Positions 22,601 to 35,284 of a stretch of 64,000 nucleotides of DNA are shown here, piece by piece; position 1 is the first letter of the stretch; each line of letters starts with the position of its first letter. Under the pieces are notes generated by a model. That model made no database searches and had not been told where the DNA came from. It saw nothing but the letters and a program-made list of their open reading frames with translations. Both the position numbers and the translations under genes were made by a program. The DNA is from Octopus sinensis. Lineage: Eukaryota. The stretch is taken from the NCBI RefSeq assembly GCF_006345805.1, contig NC_043015.1, positions 17,732,001-17,796,000 of the forward strand. The letters run 5' to 3'.

Positions 22601-23289
22601 GTAACTGCTTAATATTTGAATAAAATGTGATGAGAAGGAACTAACATTGATAAAATAATCAAAGAATAAACAGCATATGAATAGTTCCTTTGACATATAA
22701 TCATGAATTATTTAAGTAAAATATATAACTTGCATCAAACATTCTTTTAAAAAAAACATTTATTTCAAAAGTTGGATAACTACCATTTATATAGCTTTAT
22801 CACATTAGCTATTTTCAGCTTTACAGGTCTTGCATAGGTCTTTAAACTGTTTTAACACTTCAACTTTAGGTTACATTGAATTGCCTAATTTTTTAGATTT
22901 TCTCATCATATAGCTTTTACTGTCACTTCTTTTCACAAAGAGTAACATTATTTTCCTTTTGGCTTAAGCAAAAGTTTTCCAATTCCTTTCATGTATGAGA
23001 CATTCTGCTTTCAAAAAGGGAACACATTGCATATGTCTAAAAACAGATCAGTTACAGTTAAAATATTTTTTGATCAGGTTGACTTTGGTATAATTATATT
23101 GAGAATACATTACTGCCTATTTCATTTATCAGTTTAACTTGATATGAGATCTTTATTAATTCAAGTAAGCAGTAGTCTCATTACAATTTTTCTTGCTCTT
23201 ATGTTTGCATATGCAAACACACACATCACATAGAATGTAAGTTGACCTTATTGGGAAAAATGTTTGTTACATTATCATGAGGTGTTTGT

Positions 23290-23720
23290 GACCATAGCTT
23301 CCAGCCGTTGCATCTTGGAAATCACCAATATTTTTGATGTGGCCTGGTCCTTTGTTTTCAGGATCAGGAAAGGGTTGGTGGGAATATATCATCTGTGCTG
23401 AAGAGATAGTTACTCAACCATCAAATGTTATCAGGATGCCTAAGTTCATTCAGCAGATCCACATGGTTGTTGCTGTCAACCCAAGGGTGTCAATGAGAGC
23501 CTTTGCCAAACAGCTCAATGTAGGAGAGTCCACTATGAAAGGTGCAGTGCACAAGGATATCAAATATATATATGTGTGTCCAGTTCTTATCTGGCAAGAT
23601 CTAGGAGAACTGTGATCAGTTGACAAGCATCACATCTCTTCCTACTTCTCTTGATTTGAAATCTCTGGACAAGTGTCTCTTTTTATAGAAAGGATTGGCC
23701 ACTGCCTTTTGAATAAACTT
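23290..23720 (+). mobile_element. Degenerate Tc1/mariner (maT-like) transposase N-terminal fragment
   Basis: PKFIQQIHMVVAVNPRVSMRAFAKQLNVGESTMKGAVHKDIKY is an HTH-like segment resembling the maT copy at 57 kb. Confidence 0.5.
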
Positions 23721-25404
23721 TCTGAACAGAAAATTGTAGAAGCCTCACATATATAATCTTTAATGCCATGTTCCATGCTGGAATGGGTTGGATAGATTGA
23801 CAGCATCCAGTGAGTCTAAGGACTGCATCATGCTCCAATGTTTAGTTTGGCATGGTTTCTATGGCTGGATGCCCTTCCAAACACCAACCACTTCACTGTT
23901 TACTAGGTGTTTTTTTTCATACCACATTCATTATTGAAGTCACTGTGCTGCTAGCAGGACTACTGACTGTGAGAAGTGGTGGAGGGACAACTTCATGCTA
24001 GGGGACAAGAAGATTAAACTATGAGAAAGGGTGAGTCAGATCAGGTTCTTGTAGAGAAACATCTAGTAGGGTCGAGGAAAGAGAGCAAGAGAAAAGGATC
24101 AGCAGAAGCTGCAAGAAATAATAGCTATGAATTCCTTGTGTTAAAGGAGTAATGTGTTCCTAAAAATCTTGGTTAAAGTGAAATCTCGTAATGCAAAACT
24201 AATTTTCCCATAGATTTTCATACTATAGAGTGAGAATGTATTGTGATAGATTTCTTTGAAAAAAAGCAACAAATAATACAACCACTTCTCTACATGAAAA
24301 TAGCAATTTCTAAACTTAAACAGTACAATATGTATACACAAAAACATTTGAAGTGAAATACATTAGGGAATAAATAAAATTAATAATATTATAATAGGGT
24401 ATGTTCTTATTACAAAAATGTTGTCTAATGTGTGATGTGTGTTGGAAAATGTGAGTTATTGGGAGGATGAAGGATACTATCTTCTGTCTTGATAGATGAA
24501 GAACATCCCAAATTCTATGTAAATTCTTCTTATAATTTCATATTCTCATCAGTATTAGAAGATTGCCCTTATTCTGACAGCATCAGCTCCTCATTAAACT
24601 TTCTCTATGGGACACTAGCCTATCACATTATCTTCGAACACTATACCATTTGCAAGTACCACAATATCTTTCTGAATTTGATATAGGCTGGTGGAAAACT
24701 TGTAAAGTCAGTGTTACAGTCTGGCTATATATTTTTCCAAGTACCAATACTCAATGTAATTCCTTTATGGTTCCCCTTTGCCCCTCTGCCTTTCTTGGTT
24801 TGTTTCCAGACATCTTGAATGGTACATAAATTCAAGGAAAGTTCTGTTTTGTGTGAGTAAAAAATTGTCTTATTCCAATGGAAATGAGAAGATAAAAGGG
24901 TGAAGGAGTGAGAGTTGGGAGGAAGCATTGTATGATTAAGTTAATTAAAGGGTTACCAGATTCATGGGCACATTGCACCTTACACTTCTGACTTGTGGCT
25001 GACATGATGATACTACTATTGTTGCTGCAGTCTCAAGTTAATCTTCAATGAACTAAGATTTAAATCTTCAACTTTTAAAAAGATAATCTAATGAGATAAT
25101 GTAATACTAAGTATTACATTATCTCACATCATGATTATAGTTTTTCAGATTGTTAGCTATAATAATCTCAGATAAAATGCCAGCCTTTATTGCTAAGAAT
25201 AAAGTGTATCTATTAAATTCTTAAGATTCATTTGAGTTTCCATAAGGGCAAAATTACAGACCACCTCTTAAAATTTGTGGTCATATTCTACAATTTCTGT
25301 AAGCACAAAATCCTCTAACTTGATAATCCTAATGTGACAGATGCCTGTGTCCATATGTTGTATAAATACATACATAATACATACATGCATACAAATTACA
25401 AGTA

Positions 25405-25912
25405 CAAACATGGTTTTGTGATTAAGAAGTTTGCTTCCCAACTGTGTGGTTTCAGATTGGTAACACTGTGGCACCTTCGGTAAACATCTGCTGTAGTCCT
25501 TGGCCAATCAAGGCCTTGTGAGTAAATCTAGTTGATAGAAACTGAAAGAAACCTCTCCTGTATGTGTTTGAGTACATATTTCCCCCACCTTCATCTTTGT
25601 GTGTTGACTGATTGTAAACAAAGGTCTCTCTGTTCATACAAATAGTATCTACTTGCAATTTATCACAAAAGTATGCCTGGACCTCTTGACATGTCTTGAC
25701 AAATTGTGCAGTCTTTGTAAACAAAAGGTTTGTTTTTTTGTGTCATTTGTTTCCAGTTTTCTGTGCAACAATGTTCAGTAGACTGGGAGATTGTTACCTT
25801 GCTAAGTAAGAGTTGGTGCCTGGAAGAGCATATAGCTGTAGAAACTCTGACTTGATACACTCTTCTGATCCATGCAAGTATTGAAAAGCTGACATTAAAA
25901 TGATTATTATGA
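25405..25912 (+). mobile_element. Old tRNA-SINE with RTE-like tail
   Basis: Diverged match to the head of the 47687 SINE (AAGGCCTTGTGAGT...AGAAACTGAAAGAA) and an RTE-type 3' end (ATTAAAATGATTATTATG). Confidence 0.55.
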
Positions 25913-26536
25913 AGCTGTATTTACTATATACTTTCAGTAAATTTGTGGTCTAGTCTGCTAGAAATGTCACTTAGTTTTTAGTGTATCAGCTTCTTTTTAT
26001 ATATTCAAGTTTGTGGTTTAAATTTTTTCATTCCTTTGTTTCACAATGAAATGCCTTTCAAAACTATGGTCATAAACCTATGTACTGTGATGAAAATAAG
26101 AATGGTTGTTTCATAATTAACTGACCTACTCTGCAAAAGTCTAAATCAGAAAACATTATTTGGTATGAATGAGGTTGTTTATTCAATAAAAATGATCATA
26201 TTGGTTATTTGAAGTGCATTAGTGTGGCCAGATTGTAATATAAAGTATTTGTTTTTCAAGTGAGTGGCACTTACTCTTTAGAATAAAGAATTGATAGTGT
26301 TAAACTGTCTCAAAATCAAGATTAAGGAAGACTGATAGTTACTGTCAAATTGACATGGTTTTGTTAGCATCCAGTTTTTATTTGGTAAGAAAAATGGATG
26401 TAAAATTATGCTATAATATTTGTTTGTAGTGACAGTTGAATAGTTATTTTAGATGATTATCTTTAGGTGCCACATTGAATATTTATGTATCTTGTTTTAA
26501 AATTAAAATCAAGCTTATATTGCAGTTGATAAAGTT

Positions 26537-26576
<40 letters not shown>

Positions 26577-26839
26577 TATCCACTAGTTGAATTAACTGCT
26601 TGCTAAGAGTAAGATTGGTATTTATTCTTGGGCATTTCTTTTGTAGATATCTCATAAAAAATGTATTGTTTGTAATCATATCTTCAACAAATTCAGGTTG
26701 ATGGTATTTGACTGAGAAGAATTTGAACATGTTACATATTTGATTTAAATCAGTCTTCTTGTAACAGTAGCTATGGTATCTAGTTTTATGTGCAACATTT
26801 CAGTCAAATTTATCAAAAGGAATGGTCTTTAAAGATTAA

Positions 26840-27121
<282 letters not shown>

Positions 27122-27317
27122 TAATACTTTATATAGAATTACATCCACAAGTTTTGATGATTTTTAAGAAGCTAAACAAATTTTTGATTAACAGTATTGT
27201 TATTTGAAAGGAATTATGATTTTGATTATTCTGAGCCAGTCTCAACCCTAATTTAGCTGAAATTTTATAAGTCCTTCTGTGCCTATAAATATATTACAGA
27301 ATTCTCTCTGCTCAAAT

Positions 27318-27517
27318 CTTTTATCTTTTAGTTGTTTCAGTCATTACACTGTAGCCATGCTGAAACACCGCCTTGAATTTTTAGTCAAATGAATTGCCCC
27401 CAATACTTTAAAAAAAAATTGGTACTTATCCTATCAGTCTCTTTTGCCAAACTGTTATGGGGACACAAACACACCAACACTGGTTGTCAAGCAGTTGTTG
27501 GGGGTACAAACACACAT

Positions 27518-27550
<33 letters not shown>

Positions 27551-27714
27551 AGATGAGCTTCTCTCAGTTTCCACCTACCAAAATCCACTCACAAGGCTTA
27601 GGCCAGCCTGAGGCTATAGTAAAAGATACTTGTCCAAAGTGCCATGCAGTGGGATTGAACTTGGAACCATGTGGATGGGAAGCAAGCTTCTTACTACAGA
27701 GCCATGCCTGTGCC
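27318..27714 (-). mobile_element. tRNA-derived SINE (same family as 47687-48095)
   Basis: Reverse complement of the 47687 copy: CAGTCATT..GC..CCATGCT, CCAAATCCACTCACAAGGCTT, GCAGTGGGA.TGAAC. Confidence 0.88.
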
Positions 27715-28559
27715 ATCGTGGTGAAATCTTTAAAAAGATTGGCCTGAAAATACAGAAAGTACTACATTATCATTGTTTTACCTTCCACTTTTCTATGTCT
27801 ATGGATCAGATGGAATTTATTGCGTTAAATTTTCTATGACTGGACATGCTTCCTGCCACCAACCCTTGCTTGTTTCCAAGTAAGATATTTCCTTATGTCC
27901 TATCTCGTCATAGGGAAATATATTACTTATCAGGTAAAATTTTATTCTCACTATAAAATATGATTTCACTTGAGAGTATGGGAAGGTTAAAAATGGCTAA
28001 ACTATTTAATTAAACAACCATATAAGATTTCTTGCTACATTGGAACTAACAATAAAAATTGAAAACATCCTTTGATTTCATCTACCATACCCTTATTCAT
28101 CTACATGTATTTTTTGGATGTGTGTCAATAATTAGTATTGTTTACTGGAAATTGTGTAGTTTTATGTATTCTCTTTTTTCTTTTACTTTGTGGATACTCT
28201 GTTACTATAATGACCTTTATACCTCAAACTTCCTGGGCTCACACCACATCCGCTCAGGCATCCCTGACCCACTTGTCTCTCATTCTCTTACCTCTTTTTT
28301 GTGTAATTCCCTCTTTGCTCATGTGCTCCTCATAGGTGTTAACTTGCAATGGTTCAGTAAACTGTCTTCTATAGCCTTGGGCCAACCAAAGGCTTGTGAG
28401 TGGATTTGGTACACAGCAACTGAAACAAGCCCATAGTGTATGTGTGTGTATTTATGCATGTTTGTTGAGCCAAACTGTAAGCACCGAATTTTATATTTAC
28501 CTAGTAACTTTGCTGAAAATTGCTGAAAATCCATAATTGTTTCATAATTTCCATTCTGA

Positions 28560-28740
28560 GACTTCTATCTGACAATGTTCCATTATATACTCAGCCCAAG
28601 CTCTTAAAGGGTTCTTCTGTGACTGTTGGAATGCTTTCTTCAGCTATTCGAAATTTCAGTTCTTTCTGCACGCCCTTAACAAATGTCAGACTACATGACT
28701 TTGCAATAAACCACATCCTTGACCACCTCACATATGTAAT
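28560..28740 (-). mobile_element. Hero/NeSL-like RLE LINE RT-thumb fragment
   Basis: AKSCSLTFVKGVQKELKFRIAEESIPTVTEEPFKSLG resembles the KSRSLxxxKG...IPTVxExPxKSLG segment of Hero-clade RTs (recognised from memory, not searched). Confidence 0.5.
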
Positions 28741-28979
28741 TACATATATATGTATATTTATGTATATAGCCTGTTGTCTTTGGGGAGTCATTTTCTTTTT
28801 GTGCCTTATAATTTAACACACTCATGGGTAAAATTTCAAATTATTTCTTATTTTTCTATTCCTAAAATTTTCGTTGTGTGTTGCAACCTTTCCAATAGTC
28901 TTGACTATGTCCGTTATTTACATTGGGTTCCTTTTTCTTTGTTGGTGCACATGTATGTGCATGTGCCTATGCATGTATA

Positions 28980-29500
28980 CATCATCATCATCATTTAACG
29001 TCCGCTTTCCATGCTAACATGGGTTGGATGATTTGACAGGTCTAGCAAACCAGATTGCTGCACCAGGCTCCAATCTGATCTGGCAGAGATTCTAAAGCTG
29101 GATGCCCTTCGTAACACCAACAACTCTGAGAGTGTAGTGGGTGCTTTTACGTGCCACCGGCATGATGGCCAGTCAGGTGGTACTGGCAACAGCCACGCTC
29201 AAATGGTGCTTTTTATATGCCACCTGCACAGTCCAGCTGCACATGCAACGACCTCGCTAGAATGTTTTTTCACGTGCCACCAGCACAAGTGCCAGTAACG
29301 TAACACAGGTAAAGATCAGGCTTGAGTGGTGCTTTTTACATGCCATTGGCACGGAAGCCAGTTTGTTGCTCTGGCAACGATCACGCTCGGATGGTGCTCT
29401 TAGAGCTCCAGTAATACGGATGCCAGTCATCAAATTTCATTTCGATTTCACTTGCCTCAACAGGTCTTCTCAAGCAGAGTTTAGTGTCCAATGAGACAGA
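28980..29500 (-). mobile_element. RTE 3'UTR/tail fragment
   Basis: CATCATCATCATTTAACGTCCGCTTTCCATGCT tail plus GTGGGTGCTTTTACGTGCCACCGG subrepeats, shared with the 3' end of the RTE at 33.7-34.2 kb. Confidence 0.85.
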
Positions 29501-29526
29501 TATGTAGCTTTATTTTTATATATATA

Positions 29527-29955
29527 TTACTCTTTACTCTTTTGCTCTTTTACTTGTTTCAGTCATTTGACTGCGGCCATGCTGGAGCACCACCTTTTAG
29601 TCGAGCAAATCGACCCCAGGACTTATTCTTTGTAAGCCTGGTACTTATTCAATCTGTATATTTTGCCGAACCGCTAAGTGACGGGGACATAAACACACCA
29701 GCATCGGTTGTCAAACAATGCTAGGGGGACAAACACAGCCACACTAACACATACACACACACACACATACATAAATGTATATACATATGTACGACGGGCT
29801 TCTTTCAATTTAGGTCTACCAAATCCACTCACAAGGCTTTGGTCGACCCGAGGCTATAGTAGAAGACACTTGCCCAAGGTGCCATGCAGTGGGACTGAAT
29901 ACGGAACCATGTGGTTCGTAAGCAAGCTACTTACCACACAGCCACTCCTACGCCT
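29527..29955 (-). mobile_element. tRNA-derived SINE, full length
   Basis: Close reverse-complement match to 47687-48095, including the (TTACTCT)n tail and the head ...CCACACAGCCACTCCTACGCCT. Confidence 0.92.
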
Positions 29956-29956
29956 G

Positions 29957-29991
<35 letters not shown>

Positions 29992-29993
29992 GT

Positions 29994-32900
29994 AAATTCA
30001 GTAATTTTGTTGCAGAGAATTCCTTGCGAATTATATTCAAACTCGCTGCACCTTCCAGAGAAAACACAGATTTTCAAAAAATGGCCAGCTAAGACTTTAA
30101 CTTTCAACCTGTTTCATTCATATTTTTAAGCGTTTGATTGGTAACCCTAATCTGCTTCCCCTTCGTTTCTCTATTTATCTCTAAACATGGCGTCTTCATG
30201 CATTTTTAAATTCCTCCTCTACTTTCAGCGCTATCTTCGTTGTTTATTCCATTCCCCTTCAAAATATGCTCCCTCGTATCGTATCGTATTTATTTATTTA
30301 TTCTCTCTCTGGTTTTCATTTATCTAATTATTTTTCCCCTGAAATTCAGTAATTTTGTTGCAGAGAATTCCTTACGAATTATATTCAAACTCGTTGCTTC
30401 GATGTTCGCCCGCCCTCCCACCCTCTCAACCAATACCGGAAGTTTCTACCCCTGTCTTACTTAACTACCCCCCCACCCCACTCGCACTTCTATGTAGGGT
30501 TTATCTGATCATATAGCGCAAAAACTGTGAAATGTATGCAGGTTGTAGTCTAGTGTTTCCATATGAAATCTGCCAAATGCAAGCTTTCTTTTCAGGTACA
30601 TGACATGGCTGTCCCTCATCCCAGGGTCTCAGAGGCCCACACCTCCCACACCCTCAGAGTTGGCACATTGAAAGGTAGGTCTGGAGAGATTGTAGAGCTG
30701 CTTGAACGGAGACGTGTGGATTTATGCTGCATCCAGGAAGTAAGGTGGAGAGGAGGTTCCGCTAGGCTCCTCACAGGCAAGGAACACAGGTACAAGATTT
30801 TCTGGGCAGGGAACATTGACGGGGTCGGGGGCATACTTCTTGCGGAGAAATGGGTAGATAAGGTAATCGAGGTAGTCAGAGTAAGTGACAGAGTAATTAA
30901 AATTAGATTAGTCCTTCACCATAGGTCAACTACCATCATCTCGGCATATGCCCCTCAACCAGGGCTACCGGAAGGACAAAAAGACCAATTCTATGACACC
31001 CTATTGTGGACTACCTCGTTGACAAATGACAGTGACCTTCTCTTCGTGGCAGGTGATTTCAATGGACATGTTGGACGGCATGTCGGGGGCTTCCATGGCG
31101 TTCATGGAGGCTACGGTTTTGGCTCTCATATTGAGGAGGGAACCAGGCTGCTGGAGTTCTGCGATGCAAATGACCTTATGGTCTGCAATACCAACTTCAG
31201 GAAACCCACCTCTCACCTAGTCACCTACCGTTCTGGCAGACACACTAGCCAGATTGACTACATCCTTGCCAGAAAAAGGGAAAGAGGGCTGCTTATAAAT
31301 GCCAAAACCTTTCCAGGCGAAGAATGTACTCCTCAACATAGATTAGTAGTTAGCGACTTCAGGATCAGAGCTAAATGGTTGCCCAGAAGAAGACCAGCTT
31401 GGAGGAGAAGGGTCTGGAAGCTTAAAGATCCTGCAAATGGACAGAGATTTAGAGACATACTACTCGAAGCCTTTGACGAAATAGAAGGGGATATAGCTTC
31501 ACTTAATGTGGAAGACAACTGGAGATTTCTACGGGACAATCTGCTAACAGCCACTGACCAGATCTGTGGATGGAGCAAAGTACCATCTCGACCCAGAGTA
31601 ACATGGTGGTGGAACACTGTGGTTGACAGGGCTATTAGACAAAAGAGACAGGCTTGGAAGGACTGGAAGAACGGTGGTAGCAGGGAATTGTATCAGACAG
31701 CCAGAAGGGAAGCTAGGAGACAGGTTTATTTAGCCAGAGGGGAAGCGGATAAGAAAAAATTTGCCAATGTTCTGAGCCGTGAGGATGAAAGACTTGAGGT
31801 ATTTCGTGTTGCAAGACAGTGTGTGAGAGAGAATCGTGATGTGGTAGGAGAGAAGTGTGTTCGCATGGATGATGGTTCACTTGCGCTAAATGAGGATGCA
31901 AAGAGAGAGGTTTGGAGATGCCACTATGAAAGGTTGCTGAATAAAGAAAATGAATGGGATAAAGAGAGTCTGCCGAATGTCAACCCAACAGAGGGATCAG
32001 CCATCCGAGTTGAAAATTCTTTGGTAGTTAAAGCAATTAGAAGCATGAAGACAGGGAAAGCCCCAGGCCCATCAGGAATTACTGCAGAGATGCTCAAAAT
32101 ATCTGGCAGTGTCGGCTATAACCTAGTCACCCGTATAGCCAACCAGGTGATACACGAAGGAGTCATACCCAATGACTGGTGTAGCAGCATACTAGTCAAC
32201 TGCTAAAAAGGTAAAGGTGATGCCCTAGATACAAATAATTACAAAGGTATCAAGCTGTTGGATCAGGTAATGAAGGTTACGGAGAGGGTCATAGCCCAAC
32301 TAATTAGAGAGAGAGTTAGTTTAGATGAGATGCAGTTTGGGTTCATGCCAGGGAAAGTACCACTGATGCTATATTCCTGGTAAGGCAGCTGCAGGAGAAA
32401 TACCTAGCCAAAGATAAGCCCCTGTACCTGGCTTTCGTTGACATGGAGAAAGCCTTTGATAGGGTCCCCCGATCCCTTATCTGGTGGTCAATGAGGAAAC
32501 TAGGGATAGATGAATGGCTGGTGAGGGCTGTGCAAGCCATGTACAGAGATGCCGTAAGTAAGGTTAGGGTTGGCAACATGTACACAGAAAAATTCAAAGT
32601 AGAGGTTAGGGTCCACCAGATTTCAGTACTCAGCCCCCTCCTATTTATCATAGTCCTCCAGGCAATTACGGAGGAATTCAAGACAGGTTGCCCCTGGGAG
32701 CTCCTCTATGCTGACGACCTCGCTCTTATTGCTGAGTCACTATCAGAACTGGAGGAGAAGTTCCAGGTGTGGAAGGAGGGTTTAGAATCGAGGTGCCTTA
32801 GAGTCAACCTAGCTAAAACCAAAGTACTAATAAGTAGGAAGGTAGACAATCCACAAATGTCTTCAGGAAGATGGCCCTGATCGATCTGTAGAAAAGGTGT

Positions 32901-34180
32901 AGGTAGAAACTCTATAAGATGTACCCAGTGTAAGCTATGGACACATAAGAGGTGCAGCAATGTCAAAGGTAGGCTAACTGGGAAGATAGTTTTTGTATGT
33001 GGCAGATGCTCAGGAGCATTAACCTCCGAAAATCTGCAGAAAACAACTTCCATCACTTTCCAGGGAGAAAAACTAGAAGTAGTTGATAGCTTCCGTTATC
33101 TAGGTGACCAAGTCAGTAGTGGGGGTGGGTGCGCTGAAAGTGTAACTGCTAGAATAAGAATAGCCTGGGCAAAGTTTAGGGAGCTCTTACCTCTGCTGTT
33201 GACTAAAGGCCTCTCGCTCAGAGTAAAAGGCAGACTGTATGATGCATGTGTACGAACAGCCATGCTACATGGCAGTGAAACATGGGCCGTGACTGCTGAG
33301 GACATGCATAAGCTCCTGAGGAATGAAGCCAGTATGCTCCGATGGATGTGTAATGTCAGTGTACATACTCGACAGAGCGTTAGTACCTTGAGAGAAATGT
33401 TGTACCTAAGAAGCATCAGTTGTGGTGTGCAAGAAAGACGATTGCACTGGTATGGTCATGTGGCGAGAATGGATGAAGATAGGTGTCTGAAAAAGTGCCA
33501 ATCCCTAGCAGTTGAGGGAACCCGTGGAAGAGGTAGACCCAGGAAAACCTGGGACATGGTGGTGAAGCACGACCTTCGAACTTTAGGCCTCACTGAGGCA
33601 ATGACCAGCGACCGAGACCTTTGGAAATATGCTGTACGTGAGAAGACCAGGCAGGACAAGTGAGCCCAGCCCACTTATGCATGCCTTTCCTCCCTTGGAC
33701 ACAAAGACCTGTTGAGGCAAGCGAAGTCGATGTAAAACCTCATCCGATGACAGGCACCCATGCCAACCCCCTTTGCTTGCGAAGACATGTTGGGGCAAGT
33801 GAAATCGAAATCGAATTGAACCAATCATATGACTGGCACTCGGCAGATGCCAGGACCCCTGGACTGGTGCTACGTAAAAAGCACTATACGACTCGTGGCC
33901 GATGGCAGCGCTGCCTCGACTGGCTTCCGTGCTGGTGGCACGTAAAATGCACCAATCAGACCGTGGCCGTTGCCAGCCTCGCCTGGCACCTGTGCAGGTG
34001 GCACGTAAAAAGCACCCACTACACTCACGGAGTGGTTGGCGTTAGGAAGGGCATCCAGCTGTAGAAACACTGCCAGATAAGACTGGAGCCTGGTGCAGCC
34101 TTCTGGCTTCCCAGATCCCCGGTTGCACCGTCCAACCCATGCTAGCATGGAGAACGGACGTTAAACGATGATGATGATGA
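29994..34180 (+). mobile_element. Near full-length RTE-clade LINE (APE endonuclease + RT), inactivated
   Basis: ORF 30563-32206 has APE motifs (CCIQEVRW, AGDFNGHVG, QIDYIL, PQHRLVVSD). RT motifs follow: DMEKAFDRVP, LLYADDL. Premature TAA at 32204, -1 frameshift near 32358, TGA at 32878, true stop at 33663. 3'UTR with subrepeats and (GAT)n tail at ~34165-34180. Both flanks are (TA)n. The 5' boundary is inferred. Confidence 0.93.
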
Positions 34181-34182
34181 TT

Positions 34183-34246
<64 letters not shown>

Positions 34247-34464
34247 ATATATATATATATATATATATCATCATCGTTTAATGTCCGTTTTCCGCGCTAG
34301 CATGGGTTGACGGTTCAACCGGGGTCTGGGGAGCCAGGGGCTGCCCCAGGCTCCAGTCTGATCTGGCAGTGTTTCTACAGCTGGATGCCCTTCCTAACGC
34401 CAACCTGCCCTTATGTATATATATGTATATGTATATATATGTATATATATATATATGTATATGT

Positions 34465-34564
34465 NNNNNNNNNNNNNNNNNNNNNNNNNNNNNNNNNNNN
34501 NNNNNNNNNNNNNNNNNNNNNNNNNNNNNNNNNNNNNNNNNNNNNNNNNNNNNNNNNNNNNNNN
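34465..34564. other. Assembly gap (exactly 100 N; true length probably unknown)
   Basis: Run of 100 N. An RTE tail plus (TA)n lies on the left and a CR1 endonuclease cut mid-motif on the right. Confidence 0.99.
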
Positions 34565-34910
34565 TTTCGGAAGGTTAAAATCTCCCAGCAGTAGAATGGT
34601 GTTACCCTGGTCCAGTTTGTCCATGACTTCTTCTATTCTTCTGAGGCTATCTTCAAACACTCCTTCATGACTAGGGGTGTCTGGTGGCCGATATATGACA
34701 CATATTACTATTTTCGGTTGTTTCATGTGTACTATCAGTGTGTCACAGACTGAGTTTGAGTGTGTCAACAGTACTATGGGTGTGACATCTTCACGGACGT
34801 ACAGGGCAACCCCACCATGAGTTCTTTCCTTCCTGTCTGACCGAAAAACAGTATACTTTGGTGTGTATTTCTGCATCTGCTATACTGCTTGACAGGTGCG
34901 TTTCAGTATA
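34565..34910 (-). mobile_element. CR1/L2-group LINE APE endonuclease fragment
   Basis: TETHLSSSIADAEI...YTVFRSDRKERTHGGVALYV...VICVIYRPP...ILLLGDFNLP. Confidence 0.88.
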
Positions 34911-34938
34911 TACATATATAATATATATATATATATAC

Positions 34939-34995
<57 letters not shown>

Positions 34996-35034
34996 GTATA
35001 TACTATATATATATATATATATATGCTATATAAA

Positions 35035-35072
<38 letters not shown>

Positions 35073-35182
35073 TTATATATATATATATGTATATTATATA
35101 TGCTATATAAATATATATATATATATATGTATATATATATGCTATATAATATATATATAATATATATGTATTATATATATGC

Positions 35183-35222
<40 letters not shown>

Positions 35223-35284
35223 ATATTATATATGACATATAATATTATATATATATATATTATATTATATATATATAAATCAAA

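Noticed and set aside
34858-35280. YI-repeat ORFs (also 40407, 47525, 48699 and others)
   Set aside because: Translations of (TA)n microsatellites.
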